Shown in pieces: positions 11,881 to 20,305 of a DNA stretch of 20,305 bases. The notes under the pieces were generated by a model that saw only the letters and a list, made by a program, of their open reading frames with translations, ran no database searches and was not told where the DNA came from. A program made the position numbers and the translations under genes. Position 1 is the stretch's first letter; the number at the start of each line of letters is the position of its first letter. Source of the DNA: Bugula neritina (Eukaryota; Animalia; Bryozoa); contig CAXIUT010000096.1 in NCBI GenBank assembly GCA_964035545.1, forward strand, positions 28,696-49,000, written 5' to 3'.

Positions 11881-13780
11881 TCATTCGATATACTCCTATC
11901 TAGACTCGCTTATATTTTTACTTTCAGAATAATATTTTATATCTGATATGTTATTCAATATTATCTTTTCAGCTTGGTAGTATTCTTGATAAGCAGAACC
12001 AAAACTATCATGAAGTTTTCTTAACTTAGAAGAATAACCCTATTCATATGAAAAATTATTTTATTTTTTAAAAGTTCCTTTTCCTATCTTTCTTTTTTGG
12101 TTGTCTCTGAATTGAAGTCCACTTATTTCATAATGTTGACTTTTATCTGGTTTTTATACTTTCTTTGTTTGCTATAAAAGATCATTTGAAGGAAGGTATA
12201 TTGATTCATATTAAAATTAAATTTGTTTTCCTGGGTTCAAATAAAGTCTATTTTTTATATTACTTTACTGAATATTTCCAATCTATTGCTTTCTTTATTG
12301 ATTACTTGTAGATAAATTTAAACTTATCTGAGATCCTCTTTAAGATTATTCACTATCCTGAATAAATATTGGATTCTTTTTCTTTTATTCTTATTGAAAT
12401 AGTCTTTTTCCCAAAGAATCCTGTAAACTTAGAGATTCATTCATTTCTCTTTTTTCTTTATGAATTCTTTATAGATTCTTATAGTTTAGTTAAGAATCTT
12501 AGTTCTCTTCTTTTTCATTTGAATCAGGTGTAAAACACAAATATTGATTTTTCTGAGTATTTTATTTATGTTTTGACGGTTTAGAACTTGGAGATCGAGG
12601 TGGTAGTGAAGAAGGAGTAGCTGGAATATTTCTTTGACTACTTGGAAATACATCATTCATAGTAATAACTCTTTGTACTTCTGGAAATTATATTTTTATT
12701 AACTTTTGCCCCTGTCTGCTTTAAAATTATCTATAGGAGATTCTGGATACCTGATCTATTCATTTTTACCCATCTATTTAATCATTTCCTTGATAGATAG
12801 ATTATTTTTATTCTTCATATGTTTCCCTAAAAATTCCTTAAGAATAGTTTGCTAATCCACATTTAAAGTTAAACTACAAAGATTGATAGATAATTTATCA
12901 ATTTTCTTTTATTTTTCCACACTTTTTTTCACTTCCTTTAAAATCTATCTCTGCCAATTGATATTTCTCTTAAACTCAGTTTCAATAAAAGATAGATGAG
13001 CATTCATTTTATCAAGAAGAAGATTTCCAGTTTTCAGAGATAAAGATGCCATCTACCTTTATTGATGACGATTTGTTTCTTACTCAATGGAATGGTCAGT
13101 AGGGATATAGTAGTCTTCCTCCATATTGAATTATAATACTTTCATATATTGATTAAATACTACTTACTAGCTAAATAAGATTTACAAGTAAGAATTATTA
13201 TCATAAATATCTTTTCTTTTCATTTAGATGACTTCGAAAGATAATTTAACACCTTCGTGAAGTTTATATTTCTCAAACGGTCTTGAATTTATTTTAGTTT
13301 CGCTACGTGTAGTTCTTAACCGTTGTTTTTTTGCTAGACTTATTTTTATTGAGAAGACAAGGGCTTCCTGGCTATCAACATCATTTCTAGATTTTAACAT
13401 TTGTTATCCAAAATAGTGATTTGTTTATTTTTTTGTTTGAGTTCGTTCTGTAGGCTTTTATTTCTATCAATCAAAAATTAATAATCTTCAGTTTCAATAC
13501 TTCCGTTAAGAGATGTTGATCCTTGTGTGTATTCTCTTTTCGGGTTAACAAAACTTTCAGTGAGTGTGATGGTCGGAGATCCTCTTGTAGTTGAGTTCAT
13601 ACTTTATTTTTTAGTTTGTTCGCTATATTAAAAGCATTTTAATGGTTGACCACTACTCTAGGAAACAGGTTGTTTATCTATCATTGATTTTTTGCAAAAA
13701 GAACGTTTTATTTTAGCTTTAGAAGGATTCATAACTTGTTCATTTTTGAATGAAGGCCTCTGCAGGTCAGATTTTTCCAT
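11881..13780 (-). CDS. Hypothetical protein, coiled-coil plus Ser/Pro-rich low complexity, ~619 aa
   Basis: Long frames joined by a 20-nt intron at 12731-12750. A second frame switch is needed between about 13220 and 13470; the candidate intron 13339-13358 has an atypical GTC start, or there is an indel. No recognisable domain. Confidence 0.55.
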
Positions 13781-13822
13781 GATTTTGTTACTTAAATAAA
13801 TAAATTAAATAATAAAAATCAA

Positions 13823-14269
13823 TCAAAAGCGATGATCGAAAAAGCGTCTTATCGATGAAAGAGCTCTTTTAACCTTTTTACTCTTCCGTGATCTCGCCTG
13901 TCGTCCAAATTATTGCTCATATCTTACACGTTACTCATTAGCTATCTTTCTATTGATTTAGTATTATTGTTAATATCTTTCTTTGAGTTAATGATCAAGA
14001 TATTTCCACATCTATCCTATTATTTTAGTAATTTAAGTCATTCTATAATGAGGATGTTCTTTTTTTATTTAATCACAAATATCCATACGATATAGGAAAA
14101 ATGGACAAAGTGCCTTTTTAGGCGGTTATGGAGGAAAATTTATATTGTTGTTATAATTTTGATATTTAGGATTTTTGTAAGAGAAATCTCTCTTTTATGA
14201 TGGTTGAAAATATTCTTATGATATTGAGTTATTTTCTTTTATTTATTGAGATAGCTACTATTGATCCAT
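13823..14269 (-). CDS. HMG-box protein, 148 aa
   Basis: PPKKALCPFFLYRMDICDEIKKEHPHYRMTEITKIIGEMWKYLDHELKERYEQEY fits the HMG-box consensus, followed by a basic tail. Intronless. Confidence 0.92.
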
Positions 14270-14420
14270 AGATATCAACTTGAAAGTAAATTGAATCAAA
14301 AAAAAAAATAAAGAATTTGATCTTATATCAACAATTTATAAATATGTAGAAGTCTAAAATGAAATAATCTTCATAACGATATTTTAAAACAATAAATACT
14401 ATTTAATCAAATATTCTTTT

Positions 14421-15647
14421 TCATGTAAACAATTTAAGATCAGACACTTTTCTATCAATTCTAACAAAATAATCTCTAGCAAAACACTCATTCAAATATA
14501 CATTGATTCCCTCTTTAACTTGCATCCCTAACTACGCATCACATTTTAACTATAACTCCCCTGATAAAGTCTACAACCAAATAGCCTCGTCATATTTACG
14601 TTTTAATTAAGAATGCAAACCTGCAGCAATGTTCAATTCAAGAGACACCCATTCTCTAACACTAGCCACTCTCTACTCAAAAGTTTTAGCAAATTATTTT
14701 ACTCTTAATTCATAATGACCAGAAATAAGCTGAATTTTATTCTATACTTAACGAATAATATTAGATATCTTAGATTTTGCTTCTTTGACTTTCTGATGTA
14801 ATGTTTCATTGAATAGTTTAGCAAATTGTCTACTTTACATAGATTGATGTACATTTTATGATCCCTTGTGATCACTATCAGTCATACAATAGTCGCATTT
14901 TAGTTGCTTACATACAAAACAATAATGAGTTAGAGGCTAATTATGATGAAATCCTTTTTGACAGCGAGGAGGGCAGTTATAAGGAGAAAGCGCTTCTTTA
15001 TTATGTTTCATTTTTCGTTATGAACGATGAAGATCACCAAAACAGTTATTACAATATGCCTATTGATCCTATGAACAATAATGTTTAGCTGTGGCTATTT
15101 TGCAATTAGCACAGATAACTTTCTATGGCTACCATTATTGTTTATCTCCAAAAGTAAATTATACATCATATTACCATTGATATTGTTTAGGATCTCTCAT
15201 GAGATATTAATGTGAGAAAACAGAGAGTTATTGTTTTCTTGGACTGAGATATACAGCATCAAATTGAGGTTGTTGATGCAAAAAGTCATCAACTGATAAA
15301 GTTACTTCTTTCAAACAAGGAAGAGCTTGTGCAAATGCTGTCTTAAGCAATAAAATACGATATTTTCTATTACGAGCATTATCAAGATTTACATTGACTC
15401 TTCCTGCTTTAAGCGTTAGATCTTTTCTCAAACTTTCTTTAATACTTGTTATTGAGGGAAGATCCATATCTGTTAGATCAACTGAGGTTTATATTTTTAT
15501 GTATGATTGAAAGTTTTATGGAAATGATGAGATTCTTTTTCTGAGGGAAAGAAGTTTAACCTGAGGAGAACCTAGAATCATCTGTAATCTAAAAGTTACA
15601 TATATCCATTCATTGGAAAAAGGAGTGACGTAATTTTACTAGCTCAT
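14421..15647 (-). CDS. Tandem B-box zinc-finger and coiled-coil protein with possible N-terminal PARP/ART-like domain, 408 aa
   Basis: Intronless frame extending the listed ORF 15228-15467. B-box1 CANC...YCSEDQEAYCNNCFGDLH...H; B-box2 C...HHNEPLTHYCFVCKQLKCDYC...H...H; then a helical region. Confidence 0.85.
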
Positions 15648-15668
15648 TTTAACAGATATTATATACAA

Positions 15669-16546
15669 TCAATTTTATGGTTATTATTCGACAATAAAGC
15701 TTTAACTTTTACTAGATTCCTACTATTTTATTGTTATGTCTGATGAAGTAGGCCTCCTTCCTTTTGATATGTTACGCAATACCATTGCAAAAATTATTCC
15801 ATGAGTAACAGGTTGACCAAGTAGAGGTACTTATAATATTTATCCTAAATTCCATTATCCAAAAAAAGTCATAAATTTGAGAAGTAAATAGTATATCAGA
15901 AAGGGTATTGCTGTCAATGAAAAAAACAAACAAAGAGAATTATTTGATTTCCTTTTTATCTGAAAAAAGGCAATAAGATAAATAATAGTTGCTATGAGTG
16001 CTATCAAAGTAGGAAGAACAAAACTTGAAAAGTAGATGATATAATCGGTTATTACTTTTTCTGTTATTATTCTCCAGCAGTTGGCTTAACTTTGTGTATC
16101 ATCTATATTTGCTACTACTAATACAAGAATAGACACTATTATTGAAGGAATGTAAGTAAATATTACATTTTTGCTGATATGGGTGCTGAGATCAAGAAAT
16201 TTTCCAGGTGTTGCCTTCTAGTTGTAGACTAATCTCGTCACAAATATTAGCCAATAAACTTTTTATAGGTAAAAGTACACGCAGCCAATCGAAAAAACGT
16301 CGTTCCTGTGATACTACCTAGACAGACCCATCCTGGAGGATTTTATAAGTAGAATGGAATCTCAAATAAAAGTTCCAAGAAGTGATTTAAAAGTAGAAGA
16401 GCAAGAATAGCCACAATAGGTGGTGAATCATAGAATTGAGCCCTATAGATAACTAAGAGTATGATAAGCCAGACGGCAGTTACAGAAGAGAGAACAAGGA
16501 ATGGTATATTAGTTGATGGCACTTCTGTAAGGTCATTGTATAGCAT
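15669..16546 (-). CDS. Seven-transmembrane GPCR-like protein (cAMP-receptor/GCR1-like), 285 aa
   Basis: About seven hydrophobic segments, a Cys at the start of TM3 (GWVCLG) and NCW in the loop after TM4. One 20-nt intron at 16259-16278. The family call is tentative. Confidence 0.7.
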
Positions 16547-16642
16547 GTTTAGACTATGTTATATTATTAACTTTGAATTTGTTTATGATTGTAATTAAAT
16601 TTTTTTTGATAATTAAATTGACTAGAGATAGTAGCGATAATA

Positions 16643-18457
16643 ATGAGTGATTACCCGCTCTCGACTAAAAGTTCTAAAAAAATACCTAAAAGTTCTCTCT
16701 CTATTTACTAAAAATCAGCCTGTCAAGGAAAAACTCCTGCTCTCCTTGAGAAAGTAGAATACTAACACATATTGAAAGGATAAAGAATATTTATCGAAAT
16801 ATACTATCAAGGAAGAGTTACAGATACAGCTTATAATGAATGGGTTGAATTCATGGGAGGTACCCTCTATAAAAGACTTCATTCAAAAGCATCAATCTTT
16901 CTGACGAATGCTGACAATCATGAATTAACAGGTGTATTGTAAAGAGTCAAAAGGATTTGTCCTAGTTGTAGAATAGTTAGTATTCTATGGTTTTAATAGT
17001 GTTTTAAAAAGAAAAGCAAAGTACCTTTTGATGGATTTTTGAATGAAGTATAAAGTAATCTAAAAGAAATTTAAAAAATAAAGTAAAATAATGAGCAAGA
17101 AAATAAAATCGATCTTAGTCAATTTTAAGATTTTTTCAACAATATTTCTGAAGATATTGAACTTGAATACAAATAGTTTTTCAAAGAAAGTTAAGTTAAA
17201 GTATTTGAATTTGTTCCAAAAAACCATAATATAGATGAAAAATATTTAATAAAAGCAAAAGATATTGAACTTGGTCCTAATCCTAACAAGAAAAAAGTTG
17301 TTAAAGCATAAAATTAAAGAAAAAAAAGAAGATCTTCATGTAAAAAAAATATCCCTCAAGAATAATAATATTCCTTTTTCAAAGATAAAAAAGATAAAAA
17401 TTAGTCTAAATAAATGTAAATATAGAAAAAACATGAAGGATCAAGTAAATAAAACCTGTCTGATCATTAGATAAAAATAAATCCAGGAAAACCTTTTGGT
17501 TTAATGTTATAAGGCTATCTCAATAAAAAAGAAGATAGTCAAGGTTCTTCCTTTCATCACAGTATAAATATGTCTCAAACAAGTCGACATAAATTTCTTT
17601 AAAATAAATAGTTTGAGAAGAGACTCAGCGATACTGAAAAATAATCAAAAAATAAAATAACTCCAACTTTTTCTAAATATTCTGGATTGACCAATAGACA
17701 ACCTATAGATGTATGGTAAAATTTTGTAAAATCAGGGCGTAATGTATAATAAAAATAAAAACCAAAAAAATTATCAGAAAATAGTCTAAAATAAATAAAC
17801 TAAGCACAAATGCTAAAAGAACTAAAACAGATAATATCAAATTAACCACCCAATTATTATATATTAATTTCATCAGAATCGAAAACTCTCAGATCAAAAA
17901 TCGATAATATAAATCTCTTTAGAAAATAAACAAATCAAGTAGCATTAAAATATATAAATTATCAAGTTTATCGAAGATATCTGGAAAATCATCCTCAAAA
18001 ACATACAGCTTATTTCCTTTATAATCCCAATAAAATCATCAATCTTCCCTTGTATTTTCTACTAACCAAAGTAAATATCTTCTATCCTAAATTGATATCA
18101 AGCAAATTTGTTGACTAAATTTAAAACTACAACAAAAAAATACAAATAGCAACTAATGAAGGCAGAACCTCTTCTTTAAGATTAAAATATTTAAAATAAA
18201 TAAAATTCAAATAAAACTATTAAATAATCTAGAATAAAAAAATAGTATTCACCAGTTCTTAATTATCAAGATAAATTCTAAAATAACTAATAATATAATT
18301 AAAAGGATAATTTGTAAGTCAACAGTAGTATGTCCTAGGAAGGAAAGTTGATATTTTAGTTACTAATCGATATAGCATTAAAAAAGATCAAACTGTCCTT
18401 AATATGGACTAATCATAGTTTTGGAGGAAAGTATTTCCTATTGATTAAGATCATTGA
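16643..18457 (+). CDS. BRCT-domain protein, microcephalin (MCPH1)-like architecture, 604 aa
   Basis: Uninterrupted 1815-nt frame. N-terminal BRCT ILKGERIFIEIY...FMGGTLYKRL...IVSILWFEECFKK, a long disordered middle, and a C-terminal BRCT-like LSREILKELIIELKGEFV...VDILVT. Confidence 0.72.
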
Positions 18458-18540
18458 TAATTACTTTTTTATTTTAATATCAATATCTATCAAATAAATC
18501 ATATAATTAGAATAAAGTATTATTTATTTTAAACATTATT

Positions 18541-20178
18541 TCATAAGTTTTGTCTCTTCTTATCTATTTTTATTCCTTTACTACTCTTATTAGAAGAATA
18601 AGCTCTCTTCTAGTGATATTTCTTAAGCTAATCATTTGGTTGTATTGAATCTAAATGGACTATTTTGAGGTCAAGATCTGAAATTGGCTCATAATATTCT
18701 TCAGGAATATAAGTTTCCAGATCAGGGAAAGGATGAACTGGTCTGTTAGTCGGAACTACTGTTCCAGGCATTAACATCAATTATCTTGCCAGATTATCCG
18801 GATGAACTCTATTGAGAATTTATTCTTGTCTTTGAGTTTATTTTCTTCTCTTTGCTGCAATTCTCTCCCATTTATCTCCTGTTTAATTTTATACAGGATC
18901 CTAGACTGGAATTTCTTCAACAGCTTCTGCCTATAACTAAGTTTTACCTTCAACTTAAGCATCAACTTCAGTTTCAACCTCAGCAGTTTCAACCTCAGCT
19001 TATGGTTTTTGATGAGCTCTTGAAGCTTTTTTTTGCGGTATCGGAGTTTATTAGTCATACTAAAAAATTTAAGAAGGATCAGATTAAATTTAATCTTGAT
19101 AGTAGAGTTAGTATTTAGTGAGAGGACTCATTTTTCTTTATCCTCTTTAAATAAATATCTATTGTGCTAAATCTAAAGCTTCTTCTGCAGATAATTAAGA
19201 ATTCTAGGTCTGTAAAAAGTTAGCATACTCTTCTAGAGTAACCACCTCATATACTAAATAAGAATAAATTTACATCTTTCTATTAACTACAATTCCTTGT
19301 TCATATCTTCTATCTTTTTGGTCACCAGTTAATACTAAATCTGTCGATCTATCTGTTCTTTTGATACATTTTATGATTAAGTTACTTATTGATTTCTATT
19401 TCTAAAAGGATATCTTTGTTTTTAAACTTATCTAATCGAATCAACTAAAGAATTGATCTCTTTGATTATTTTAATTTTCTGTAAAGGTGATGAATTTTTC
19501 ATATTTTTGTCTAAAAGAGCAAGTTCAGATTTAGCCTTAGCTAGTTCCCCTTATAATCTAAGTAGTTCTTAAGTATCTGATAAAAGAGTCTATCCTGTAA
19601 TTTCGTTTATTCTATTTATTTTAATATATTAATGATGAAGTAATAACTCTCGTATGATTTGATTTTATCGTTAAGCTGCTTGTATCTTTTATCTGATCTG
19701 AACCTGATGTCTAAAATAGCGTTTTGTATGAGATGCCTTGTATTTAGCCATCTATCGATGATAATTAACATAACTTAATTTTTATCTCTACCTTCTCTTC
19801 CTTTTCTGCTATTACTTTCGTTTTTAGTGATCGCTCATTTCCTCTTATGGTTTTTGAACCTTTTGACCTTTATAAATACATATCTACTCTCAACATAAAA
19901 AGGTTTAGGCATAACATTCCAATGAGATAAAAACTTTTGAACCTTTGGTGTGGGAACAGCTCCATTTCCCATCCAATACTTGATTCTAGGCATATTGAGA
20001 GTGATTTGTCGATCAACATTGACTCCATGTCGAGGAGCCCAATATCCCACATGCTACAAAAAGCGACCTTTGATATTTTTTCTATGAGCAGCTACTACAA
20101 TCCACCTAAATGTTTTGTTTATTACCAATAGGGATGGTTGGCGCATCCGTGATTTTGCAGTCTGATTGCTAACTTCAT
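18541..20178 (-). CDS. MRPS16: Mitochondrial ribosomal protein bS16m with long C-terminal extension, 525 aa
   Basis: MKLAIRLQNHGCANHPYW|WIVVAAHRKNIKGRFLEHVGYWAP...ITLNMPRIKYWMGNGAVPTPKVQKFL is the S16 domain. Three 20-nt introns (20106-20125, 19868-19887, 19254-19273) give a continuous frame to TGA at 18541-18543. Confidence 0.9.
18970..18999 (-). repeat. 15-nt coding tandem duplication (AEVET x2) in the S16 extension
   Basis: AGTTTCAACCTCAGC occurs twice on the + strand, with a diverged third copy (GCT TAA GTT GAA on the - strand) at 18949-18960. Confidence 0.85.
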
Positions 20179-20214
20179 CTCAACACAAATATAATAATAA
20201 AAACAGCACAATCA

Positions 20215-20305
20215 GGGGTTGGGGTTGGGGTTGGGGTTGGGGTTGGGGTTGGGGTTGGGGTTGGGGTTGGGGTTGGGGTTGGGGTTGGGGGGGGTTGGGG
20301 TTGGG
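20215..20305 (+). repeat. Right telomere, (GGGGTT)n, 91 nt
   Basis: The array runs to the window end and finishes TTGGG. One G8 run lacking TT at 20287-20294. Confidence 0.98.

Noticed and set aside
14344-14718. Plus-strand open frame from ATG 14344
   Set aside because: It is the antisense shadow of the B-box gene, which has clear domain motifs on the minus strand.

Overview
This is AT-rich ciliate macronuclear DNA, not prokaryotic. It is capped by C4A2 telomeres (1-81 and 20215-20305). Conserved residues in several proteins show that TAA and TAG both encode Glu and TGA is the only stop (peritrich nuclear code, table 30), so the supplied standard-code ORF track is mostly fragments and antisense shadows. 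Re-translating by hand gives about 19 tightly packed genes with about 18 tiny GT-AG introns (19-22 nt, mode 20): DPCD, a LITAF protein, an LRR protein, two CYSTM proteins, a DHHC palmitoyltransferase, PFK-2/FBPase-2, a CIMIP-like ciliary protein, a C2H2 finger, an HMG box, a B-box protein, a 7TM receptor, an MCPH1-like BRCT protein, an extended mitochondrial S16 and several hypotheticals. The most striking structure is two internal telomere tracts (8180-8254 and 9674-9759). Each sits inside a coding sequence that resumes collinearly on the other side. The best explanation is alternative telomere-addition sites inside genes (nested chromosome isoforms) overlaid in one contig. Genuine interstitial telomere insertion cannot be excluded without the reads. 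Family assignments rest on recalled motifs, not database searches.
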